64,000 bases of DNA from Azolla caroliniana (lineage: Eukaryota > Plantae > Polypodiophyta): contig JBHGNT010000018.1 in assembly GCA_043228905.1 (NCBI GenBank), positions 11,718,001 through 11,782,000 on the forward strand, given 5' to 3'. Both the position numbers and the translations under genes were made by a program. Within the stretch, counting starts at the first letter, position 1. Every line of letters begins with the position of its first letter. Shown here in pieces: positions 1-10,765 of this stretch. A model generated the notes under the pieces. That model was given only the letters and a program-made list of their open reading frames with translations. It ran no database searches and was not told where the DNA came from.

Positions 1-3000
1 AGGAAGAGAGAAAGATGTATAGGTTTTGTTGATTTTTTATAAGGTTTGATTAATATAAAATATTCGTGGGATTTACGATTTTGCCATCTATTTCTCTCTT
101 ACAATCTAAGTATCAATTAATACATTATACTCGTGGGATTCACGAGTTTCATATCTTCATGTAGCAATCTATTCATAACTTACCTTATCTCATATTCTTC
201 TTTCTCCTAGTCCAAAACCCCAGTGGTTCCCACTCGACTCACGCAAACGATCCGGAACAAAAGGCCCGACACAATGCTGATCCCGATGTGAAAATGGGTG
301 GCAAGGAGATGGAAAATCAACAAGAGGCTAACAACATGATGGCGATGTTCGGGCAGATGCTACAATAACAACGCGCAATGTCGGAGATTGCGGTGGCAGT
401 AGAGCGGCTCGTGTAATGTAATGGACAATTCAACAGGAAGGATGTGTCGCGATATTTGCAGGATTACAAAGCAGAATATCGGAAGGATTGTAGGTGACAT
501 CCTTCAATCGGGTGGCTACAGACGGGCTTCAAGGGAGTATCCATGGGATTTGACAACAAAATCTGACGTGGGAAGCATTTGAAGAAGCGCTAAAGACCAC
601 GTTTGCCATCAAGGTCTCCTCCAAGGCAACGCGGAGGGGATTTGAAGATTGGGTGGAAATGCCAGACAAAGGGCTGAAGGTCCTCGATGTGTTTTCGGCA
701 TTCCAAAGTCGGTTCGGGAAGTTGTCCATGAGAGATCAAGCTATCCTCGCCTTGGACAAAGTGATCATGTTCTTAGGAGCCATGGATGTCAAGGACCGGA
801 AAGATCTTGGAATGCTTCTAGAGGACACCACTATTGAGAGTGGCCTCACCAATACATGGGAAAATGTGCGGAACATCGTCGCGCGATACACAAACAGGGG
901 GCAATGGCTTGGTAGTGAAGAAAAGAGAGTTTCAAAACCAATTCCGAAACCAAGATCCAAATTGGAAGACCATTAATCATGGGCTCAGGAGACTACGACC
1001 GAGAAGGGAATCGATGCAACCACGGTGGAGCAGTTGCTGAAGGAGATGGAGAATCTGAAAATCATGATGGTGAAGAAGTCAGATGAACGTCCCACAAGTT
1101 CCAAGTATATGAACCGTCGATGCATATGGTGCGATAGCACCGAACATGATCGGAGGGATTGCGATGAGCACAAGGAGGCGCTACGATGGGATCTTATCTA
1201 CTACAAGGGAAATCGGATTCATTCGATGGACTCTCGGAAGCCACTCCGACCGAACTTTCGAAAAGGCAGCATGAAGTAGGTCCTAGAAGAGGAAATAGTG
1301 GCAAAAAGCAATTATGCGACAACCGTGGGGATACCTGTGGGTGAGTCCTCTAAAGCAAAGGCGTCTTTTTGGCTGGAAGTGCTAGAAAACCCCGAGAAAA
1401 CTGACTCTAATGAGATCCGAAGCACCGTGGAAGGCATCCAAGAAGCTACGGGATGGGAGTGCCCCGTCGATAAAAATAGCGTGTACGCCCTATGCCAATT
1501 ACATGAAGTGTACGAAGATGAGAAACGATGGCGCACGGATGATGCGGCCGGACCATCAAAGACGCCGAAGAGGTGGAACTCCGAAGGGAAGGGGAAAGGA
1601 AAAACAATTCCCGCATTCAAACTAGCTTCAAACATCGAGCAACGGATGGACTTAAAAAAAGTGTTCGAGGAGAGAATCCTCGATAGCCGGGTAGATTTTT
1701 CGCTTCGGGGATTACTCAAAATAGTGAAGGAGTTCCACAATCTGCTTGTGGATCTCGTGAAGAGAAAAAGACAAAATGCAGAGGAAAATGCTCCAAGGGT
1801 GAATGCAAATACCATTTTAATGAATGATACCAAAGTGGAGGATGAAATTCCGAACTCTCACTACACAAGGCCACACTAGGCACACGCAACTACGGAGACT
1901 CCGGTCCAAATCGGAACTATCAAAGAGCCCGTACTAGCATTGATTGATCACGAATCGGAGATCAATTTGATCAATTTGATGTCCATGGGGAAGTGGCCTA
2001 TTAACACTAAACATGGATGGAAGATCCGGGCAGCCACTAAAGCAATGGAAGATTTATTTGCGGTTTGTCCAGATGTGACGGTGAAGATCAGAGATGTGGA
2101 GATTGACCAAAATTTCTTCGTGCAAGATGAGGTCTCACACTCTATGATCCTCAAGAAACCCTTTATCACAGCTTCACAGATGGAGACAAAGGTGCTCGAT
2201 AGTGGAACGACTTTTGCACGAATTCGGAGCCAAAGCAGGGGGGCAAACTGTCCAATTGCTAATCGTGCCATCAAATCACGAAAGGAACAAGAGAGAGCTC
2301 TTGTTCCAAACAAAAATGGCTTTTTAAAGCGGATTATTGTGGAGTGGGGAAGTAATAGTCTGAGAAGCCCTGATACCCCACACAGGAAGAAAACCCTCGG
2401 ACCAAAACAAGTACGAATTGGGATCGGATGGGTTATCAATCAAGCCGATTCGGATGGTTCACGATATCTGATCTAATTCAGAGCAAAGGTTCTTAACGAA
2501 AGGCAACGCGGATATGCACAAGTTAAAAGAGAATTATGGGGAGTCATGTCGACAATAAAAGCAGATCGAGATTATTTGATCGGAGCCGAAGTAGTGATCG
2601 AAACGGATTTTCTTCTGATACTCGGGATGATGCGGTGTTGCACAATACCGGATGTGGCTATGCTAAGATGGATTGCATATGTAAAGTCGCTTAATCCGGA
2701 GATACGACACTTCTCTGGAAAAGAAAATGCGGTAGCGGATATGCTATCAAAGGCACGGTTCAGAGACGACATAGCCGAATCCGATAATGAAGAAGTTTCC
2801 GACAACTACCTTACTTCAGAGCACACATGCCAGGTGAACGTAATCCGAGAATTCCGGGAAGAAGAATATGAGGGAGAAAGCTTGCTGATCGGGAAAGTGC
2901 TACAATAAATCAAGGAATCATCGGACAATAAAGAAAAGAGAACCGAGATCCGAAGTAAGAAGCGGCAAGTTCAGAAGTTTTTCGTGAACAACGGATTAAT

Positions 3001-4936
3001 CTGGAGGGAGCCGAAAAGACCGGATGGCATACCACTACGGGTAGTTGGAACAAAAGAGCAACGAAACCGGATAATGTCTGAAATTCACAAATCTGATTGG
3101 GCTGGACATCGGGGAACATGGGCAACATTTGTGAAGATCAAACAAAAATATTGGTGGAAGAATATGTACAAAGATGTAGCGGAGTTCACAGAAAGCTGCG
3201 AGAAATGTCAAATCTACTCCGGAGTTCGACACCAAGATGAATTACATCCGACATTCTCACCGACAATCAACTTGTGGATGGTCGACATTGTGGCCATGCC
3301 AACCGGGATTGAACAAAAGAAGTACTTGGTGTTAGCCCAGGAAGATCTGACAAACCAAGTAGAAGGACGGGCACTACGGAGGAAAACATGTTCCGCAGTA
3401 TGTCAATTTCTCTTGGAAGAAGTGTTCTACAAGTATGGGTGCGTAGGACAAATGATTGTGGATCAGGGAGAACTTGACTCTGATAAAGCTAGGGAATTCT
3501 TCGTTAGACATGGAGTACGGTTAACACTAACCACAACATACAATCCGGAAGCCAACGGGAAGATCGAACGAGGACATAGTCCAATCGTCAAAGCACTTGC
3601 AAAAGCATGTGACGGAAGGGTGAAGGATTGGCTGCAGATGCTTCCATATGCACTAAGGGTGAAGGATTGCACAACGCATAGTTCCGTGGCCGGTTATATA
3701 CCAGACAAGCACCGGTAATGCGGACGGAAACCGCAATTGCAACATGGACAGTGCTACCATGGAAGGAAGAAATGAGCTAGGAAGAACTACTAGTATTCCG
3801 GATATGACAACTAGAGGGAAGACCGGAAGACATAGCGGAAGCAACACGCTGACAACAGGAAACGCGATTCCGGAACAAAAGTCGATTCGACACAAAGCAT
3901 CAACTACGACCACGGAAGATTGAAGAAGGAGATTCGGTGATAGTCTATGACAGTAGTTTGGATCATCAACATATAACGATAGGAAGTTCGCTAAAAGGTG
4001 GTTTGGGCCATACGACGTTCGGAAAGTTTTCGACAATGGAACTTACCGACTATGCGAATTGGATGGAACATTACTACAAGTGCCTATAGCGAGGAAACAG
4101 GTGAAGATTTTCAAGAAGCGGACTGACGACGAACCTTATGTTAGCTTAGACAAGACTGACAATGAGGAGCAATCGGACAAAGATCGCGGTGATGCAGAAA
4201 GCGAAGAAAGTGGACTACAATTGATAATCAACATAAGGGGAGAATCGGAGAGTGCTACGGATGAAGGCGAATAACAAGCATCAGAAACTTTGGCACATAC
4301 CAGAGGATGTGCAGGTTCGGAGGGGGTGAGTGTCGTGGTGTACTTTGTACACTACGTAAAATATGTGTGGAGTACCCGATCGACTAAGTATAAAGAAATA
4401 GGAGAAATACTACAATAAATATGTTACATGCATAGGGCAGGATTTGAACCCTCTACCTCCATGTTAGTTACGATTTTAAGCCTTACCACTGTACTAGCAT
4501 ATTATGAGTTTTAAAGTTATACTAAACTTTATCCCATGTAAATATTCTAGATAAGCATGATAGAAAAAGTTATTCATGCATACACACTCGAGTTAAAAGA
4601 AAAGATGTGATGGAAAGCTAATCATGCACATGTAGTGTGCATGAAAACTAAAGTTAGAAAAAGCATGATGTTTGCATGTGATAAACTTAAGAGTCTAAGT
4701 TTTTTTAATAAGGTTTGATTAATATAAAATATTCGTGGGATTCACGATTTTGCCATCTATTTCTCTCTTACAATCTAAGTATCAATTAATACACTATACT
4801 CGTGGGATTCACGAGTTTCATATCTTCATCTTGCAGTCTATTTATAGCTAACCTTATCTCATATTCTTCTTTCTCCTAGTCCAAAACCCCAACAGTTCCC
4901 ACCCGACTCATGCAAACGATCCAGAGCAAAAGGCCT
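1..4936 (+). mobile_element. Degenerate Ty3/gypsy LTR retrotransposon, same family as 57806-64000; 5' LTR end at 271, decayed PBS about 275-292, broken gag-PR, RT deleted, RNase H and integrase fragments, 3' LTR
   Basis: ORF fragments 653-976, 1025-1279 (CIWCDSTEHDRRDC zinc knuckle), 1298-1879, 1940-2476, 2546-2908 and 2984-3718 (integrase GHRG/CEKCQ/NPEANGKIER) are colinear with the intact copy. Most of 1-264 recurs in 4700-4935. Confidence 0.95.
4331..4936 (+). repeat. 3' LTR of the degenerate gypsy; the last few bases were lost by a deletion fusing it to copia sequence
   Basis: Starts TGTCGTG right after the purine tract GGAGGGGGTGAG and matches the 5' LTR end up to AAAAGGCC. It then runs into copia sequence just upstream of the protease. 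Confidence 0.85.
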
Positions 4937-7240
4937 TCGTGATGAAGCACAAGGCTAACTCGATGAAGAAGACTACTGCCAAATCGGAGGAAGTATGGTA
5001 CATTAATTCTGGAACATCCAACCACATGACAAGCCATGAAGAGTGCTTCTCTTTTTTGGAGAAGCCGAAACAACCGGGGATTGTCGAAACCGGAGACGAC
5101 ACCCCTAACCCGATTGTGCATGTCGAAGAAGTCCCTTTAAGCCATGTCGGACAAAACGGAAAGCTGATGAAGGTATTACACATTCCGACTATCACAAAGA
5201 ACCTGGTATCGGTCGGACAAATCGTCGACCGGGGAATACAGGTGCAATTTACGCACCTCAGGTGCTTCATCGAGGAAGAAGGCCGGATAATTGCATAAGG
5301 GCGCATAGAAGGGAGGATGTTCGTCCTCAACACTAGTGACGTCAACACCGCCATGTTTGCCAAAGGACTGAAGATTGAATCGGACATCGATCTCTGGCAC
5401 AAGTGGATCGGCCACGTCAATTACCGGAGGCTTTAGGACCTGCAATCAAAATAGGTAGTGTTCGGTTTGCCAAAATTCAATGCTCGGAAGGCCCAAGTTT
5501 GTGAAGCCTGCCAACTCAGGAAGCAACACCGGCTTCTATTCCCCACCGAATGAAACCGAAGCCATAACAAGCTCGATCTAATCCATTCGGATGTATGGGG
5601 ACCGGCACAAAACGTTTGTCTTGGCGGGAGTCGGTATTTCGTCTTCTTCATCAACAACTACAGCCGACACACGTGGATCTACCTCATTGTGAAGAAAAGC
5701 GAAGTCTTCGACTATTTCCGGAACCTTCAAAGTTTACTCGAAAAGGAAATGGAAAGGAAGATCAAGTGTCTGTGGTTGGATGGCGGAAAAGAATACTCTT
5801 CCGGCCAATTCAACAGTTATCTACAGCAGAACGGAATTCGGAGAGAATTCAATTGCCGATACACACCAGAACAAAATAGTGTTACCAAGAGAAAGAACCG
5901 GTCGATTGTCGACGTGGCAAGGGCAATGTTGGAGAAGAAGAGCATGCCCCAATTCTACTGGGCTGAGGCGGTTCAGACGGTTGTCTACATCCAAAACCAG
6001 ATAGGAGACAAGGTGTCAGCACATGAGCTGTATTTCAGGCGGAAGCCGAATTTGAGGAACCTTCGGATATTCGGTAGCATAGCATATGTGCATGTACCGG
6101 ATGAGAAGCGGAAGAAGCTAGATCCGAAGTTGGAGAACGACATCTTAGTCGGTTACTCGCATGAGCAAAAGGGGTATAAGTGCTATAACCCCCGGACTAA
6201 GCAAGTCCGAGTAAGCCAAGATGTCGAGTTTGATGAGACGGCATCATAGTACTCCTTACCGACTCCAACTCCCGACGAAGACCCGATTCCGAAAGATGAG
6301 GCTAGTGAGCCCGAGGAGGTCTAGGTAGAAGATGAAGATTTCGGCACTTTAGAAGAGAGTCCGATCTCATTCCGGCTAAGTGGGCCAAATGAGCAGCTGA
6401 GTTAGGATAGTTTGTGTGGTCCTGGCGGTTGATGCGGCAAGGGGATGGCATCTTCACCAAATGGATGTGAAGAATGTGTTTCTTCAAGGTGACCTTGAAG
6501 AACGGGTCTATATGATCCAACCCCCCGGTTTCCAATCAGAGATGAACAAGTCGGTAGTGTGCCGACTCAAAAAGTCACTTTACGGTCTGAAGCAAGCCCC
6601 TCGAGCTTGGAATGCGAAGATCACGCACCGGTTGCGTAAGATGGGGTTTGCGGCCTCAAAGTCCGACTCTTCATTGTTCATCCGGAATAGTCTGGACGGT
6701 TCGGTTTGCATTTTGATTTATGTAGATGATTTAGTCATCACCAAACCCGGACTCGTTGAAATTGGCTGAGTGAAGTCCCAGCTGTCGGACGCATTTGAAA
6801 CGAAGGACCTGGGGAACCTTCATTATTTTCTTGGGATCGAGGTGATCCGAACCCCCAATGGCATATTTCTCTCACAAAGACACTATGTGCTGAATATGCT
6901 GTACTAGAACCTCAAGGTACTTCCCGACTCCGGACTGGCCTACGATGAGAAACAGTTCTGACAAATTGTCGGAAGCCTTATCTGCTTGACAATCACCCGA
7001 CCTGATGTTACCGGCCGGCAAGAAGTCCAAAATACGGAGTGAAGGAATTAATTAAGTATGGTTGTAAATAAGCATAGTATGGACGGACGGACTGGAAACC
7101 TATTTAAAGGCCCGGAGCCCATTGTAATCGGAGCGGATAATTAATAGAGCGTATGGTGTTTATACTTCTGTGTTGATTTCCGTTCTGTAATTACTGTTAT
7201 ATCTTACGCGTGTAATCAACAAGCGGAAACCAGAAGACGG

Positions 7241-8038
7241 TTGGAAGAGGCGAAGAAGGTTCGGACAGAGCTCCTCAGGCAACAGCAGGCGGAAAGAGAA
7301 AGAGCGGCGGAGGTACTGCAGAGGCTGCAGACAACATATCAAGGGCAGCTGACGCGCTACAGAGAGCAGGCGGAGGATACGGCTAATCTCATCAAGCAGT
7401 TGAAGGAGGAACGACAAGTTGTGGAAAGTAGAGCGCAAATGGGAGCAAGTCGCATCCAGGATATCATGCGGGCCTGGTTGAACCAGACCAAGAGCTTGAT
7501 TGACAACGGTTCCGTCAAATGGTGGACCAAGTGGGCCCCGAACGCGGCGGAACTCCAGTTGCTCCGGGCCGACGTAGAGAACCGGCGGAAGGAGGGAGAT
7601 GATTGCTATATGCTGACTTCCGAAGACTTCACCGGCATAAGAGATGAGCTGGCCGAAGACTTTCAAGCCTTGGCAGAGGACCAACTAGGGCAAGTCCGGC
7701 AACTTGTAGCTCAGCTGGACGACGACAGGCTGGAGGCGCAGATCCAGTTTGAAAGCTACGAGAGGTCCCGGATCCGGGAAGAGAAAGCACGAGAACCAGT
7801 AACGGTCAACCTCAGTGATGAGGAACCGTTACTGGAAGGAGACCGGACCGGAAGCAGTCAAACGGGGATGCCGGAGTCAGAGAAACAAACGGAGCAGCCG
7901 CCTATAGAGCAGCCGGAGCAGTCTCAGTCCCAACCGCAATCACAGCAGCAGCAGCAAGCACAGCCGCAACAACCACAACCGGAAGAACAATTGGAAACTC
8001 TGGAACAAAGTATTTTGGACAATTTGGGTGAACAATGA
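7241..8038 (+). CDS. 5'-truncated extra ORF of the LTR element; predicted coiled-coil with a Q/P/E-rich tail; function unknown
   Basis: 265 codons without a stop, E/Q/R/L-rich. The frame stays open back to the deletion junction. No Gag or Pol motif recognised. Confidence 0.7.
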   Translation: MEEAKKVRTELLRQQQAERERAAEVLQRLQTTYQGQLTRYREQAEDTANLIKQLKEERQVVESRAQMGASRIQDIMRAWLNQTKSLIDNGSVKWWTKWAPNAAELQLLRADVENRRKEGDDCYMLTSEDFTGIRDELAEDFQALAEDQLGQVRQLVAQLDDDRLEAQIQFESYERSRIREEKAREPVTVNLSDEEPLLEGDRTGSSQTGMPESEKQTEQPPIEQPEQSQSQPQSQQQQQAQPQQPQPEEQLETLEQSILDNLGEQ

Positions 8039-8072
8039 AGGGGCCGAGAAGGGTTCGACGTACAAGGTACTA

Positions 8073-8088
8073 TCCCACGGGCGTGCCA
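8073..8088 (-). promoter_or_regulatory. Primer-binding site complementary to the tRNA-Arg 3' end
   Basis: Minus strand reads TGGCACGCCCGTGGGA, 2 nt from the LTR's CA. This resembles the recalled plant tRNA-Arg(UCU) 3' end (UCCCACCGGGCGUGCCA, one base missing) and the Tat/Ogre-type PBS. Confidence 0.7.
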
Positions 8089-10137
8089 TGTGTTACGGCC
8101 GGCAAGAAGTCCAAAATATGGAGTGAAGGAATTAATTAAGTATGGTTGTAAATAAGCATAGTATGGACGGACGGACTGGAAACCTATTTAAAGGCCCGGA
8201 GCCCATTGTAATCGGAGCGGATAATTAATAGAGCGTATGGTGTTTATACTTCTGTGTTGATTTCCGTTCTGTAATTACTGTTATATCTTACGCGTGTAAT
8301 TAACAAAAAGCGCTCTAATCGTGTAACCTACATAAGTCGGTGTAATCGTTGAGTCATAATCCTATGCCGTAATCACCCTTTGGTGAAGTGTCTTCGCGAC
8401 ACCTTGTGTTAGGCCTTGTCCGGTCAGAGAACAACACCTGACATCACTTACCCGGTCGGAGTGATCATCCAGTTCATGCAGAAGCCAACTGTAGAGCACC
8501 TATAGTGTGCACACCGGATAGTCTGGTATGTTAGCGGCACGACGGACTGGGGACTATTATACCGACATGGTATAGCTGGGAAACTAATCAGATATATCGA
8601 TGCCGACTAGGCTGGTGATGCATCAGCTCACCAATTCACCTCCGGTTACATGTTTTCTCTTGTTAGCGCAGTTGTTGCATGGAGAAGCAAAAAGCAGCGA
8701 ACAGTGGCTCTGTCGAGCACTGAGGCTAGCTAAGTACTGGGGTGCTACCATTGCCACCTATGAAGCCATCTCGCTTCGGCGACTGTTGCGTGACCTCCAG
8801 ATCGAGGTGCTGACCCCGATCCCGATCCACTGTGACAACATGAGCAACATACAAGTCGCCAAGAACGCAGTGTTCCATGCTCGGACAAAGCACATAGAAG
8901 TGCATTATCACTTTGTTCGTGAGCGAGTCTTGAGCGGTAAAGTTGAACTTCGGTATGTTCACACGGATTGGCAGGTTGCCAACATCTTCACCAAGCCGCT
9001 CGGGTTGGACAAGTTGCAGTACTTTTCGTAGACGCTCAGCCTCCAGCATCTCGATGTGCTGCACTTTAGGGGGAGAACGGGAACGGGAACGGATGGCACC
9101 GGACAAGGAGCCGGAGAGGAAGAAAGAACCAAAGGGGGAGATAAGTAGAAAAAGAAAGCCGAGCCGACTGAAGGAGTCGGCACATCCGAACAAGTCAGAG
9201 CAAACAGCAGTGGCAGCAGAGTCAAGAAGGACAGAGCCAACCGGAAGAAGACCAAGACCCGGACGAGGTCTGATGTGGTGAAGGGCCTAAAAATGGAAGA
9301 AGAGTTGGAGACTACTCGTTGGACAAGAGCTGGAACGAATCGGATGAAGCCGATTCGGTTCAAGATTTGGAGAAGCCGGATCAACTAAAGGCCAAGCGGA
9401 TGAGAAGGCAGCGGAAGTCGATACCGACACAGAGGAACTAATGGATTGACAAGCGTCGGAGTCATAACAACGAAGGAGCTGAAATGGGCCTGTTGAGTAG
9501 ACAAGCTGACCAAGGAGGTTGAAGTGTGTAGCACCAGACGGGTTGCGGGAAGCGGAACCGGACCGAAGAGGAGCGCGAGCAAGCCAGAACAACGCCAGAA
9601 CGATCCAGTGAAAGGACCAGCTGCCATAGACACTAACACCATGATCCAACCTCAAGTTGAGCTTGAGGGGGGGGAGTATTGAGCGGCAAGCTCAACCGGA
9701 TCCGAATTGGCATCCGGAACCAAGAGCTAGATCGGTATCCGGATGGTATCCGGAAACAACCAACCGGATCGGGGAGACGGATCGGAGAGCCGGATTCGAG
9801 CACGAACCGGAAGCCTAGTAGTAGCCTAGACTAGTAGGTAATCATTGTCTCGTAGTTAGTGTCAATCGCACGTAGGAACATTGAAGTACATTGTACTTCT
9901 GTCAGTCCTTTTCAGGACTTGTATAAATAGTGTTGTTGTAGCACATTGTATGGACAAAGTTTACAAAGTGTTATTTTGATTTGAGTTTATGTTCTGCTCT
10001 CTCTATCTCTCCCATATATATTTCCTGTGTGAAGCTTTTCCACAAAACCTTCTCTTATTCTTTGTTGCTACCCGGCTGAGCCAGTTTGTCTAACGTTTCT
10101 GCACGTTTACTTTCACACCCAATAATTTTATTAAGTA

Positions 10138-10765
10138 TGTAGAAAGAAAGAGTGCGAAAGGATTACTTAGACAGACACAGAGTACGCAATTGGTTATTCA
10201 AAGATACAATAGTTAGGTATACACAGAGATGAGGTGAGAGAGAGACTGAGCGGAGCAACCAACAGTAAACTTCTTTTACTAAATGATCCTTAGTACATAC
10301 GAATGTGCTCAGAGAGCACTTTACATACAAGCCTGACGAGTGGGCTGACAAGTACTTGAATGCTCATTGAATGAGCATCTGACACTAACAACCTATAATA
10401 TTCCTATTTACTAAATAGGAATATAAGGTCCCTAATGGCTGTCAGATTCCATTTGACTCAGCCACCCGATTCGGCTTTTGGCTTATTCAGACGATTCAGG
10501 CCTAACATATTGGTCTTCATTCGATCCGGTTCTCAAGCTTATTCGGCCGATTTTGCCAATGTTGAGCTTGCCACTCAACACTCCTCAAGCTAAACTTGAG
10601 GTCATGATGTGTCAGCTCCAGCTGGTTCTATCCTCTGGTTTCTCCTGACACCTTCACGCCTTCCTCGCGCTCCTCGTCCGGTTCAACACATAGTCGAGAT
10701 TTGTCGTAACTTGTCTAGGCTGAAAGGTTTGGTGAAAATATCGGCAACTTGTCGATCCGTCGATT
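10138..10765 (-). mobile_element. Copia 3' LTR (10138-10580) with deleted remnant of the tail and RNase H end
   Basis: TGTAGAAAG..CTCAACA termini as in the other copia LTRs, followed by a decayed PPT and fragments matching the 'RQVADIFTK' region. Confidence 0.75.

Larger units (their letters stand above)
7006..8436 (-). mobile_element. Internally deleted LTR element inserted in copia RT; full LTR 8091-8436, partial LTR 7006-7222; orientation inferred from the PBS
   Basis: TG..CA ends with 5-bp TSD CCTGA (7001-7005 and 8437-8441). 7006-7222 is nearly identical to 8091-8306. Confidence 0.9.
4934..10117 (+). mobile_element. 5'-truncated Ty1/copia element D (PR, IN, RT, RNase H remnants; 3' LTR 9677-10117), interrupted by 7006-8436
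   Basis: Motifs [59 protein letters not shown] at about 9665-9676 precedes an LTR ending TTTCACA. Confidence 0.92.
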
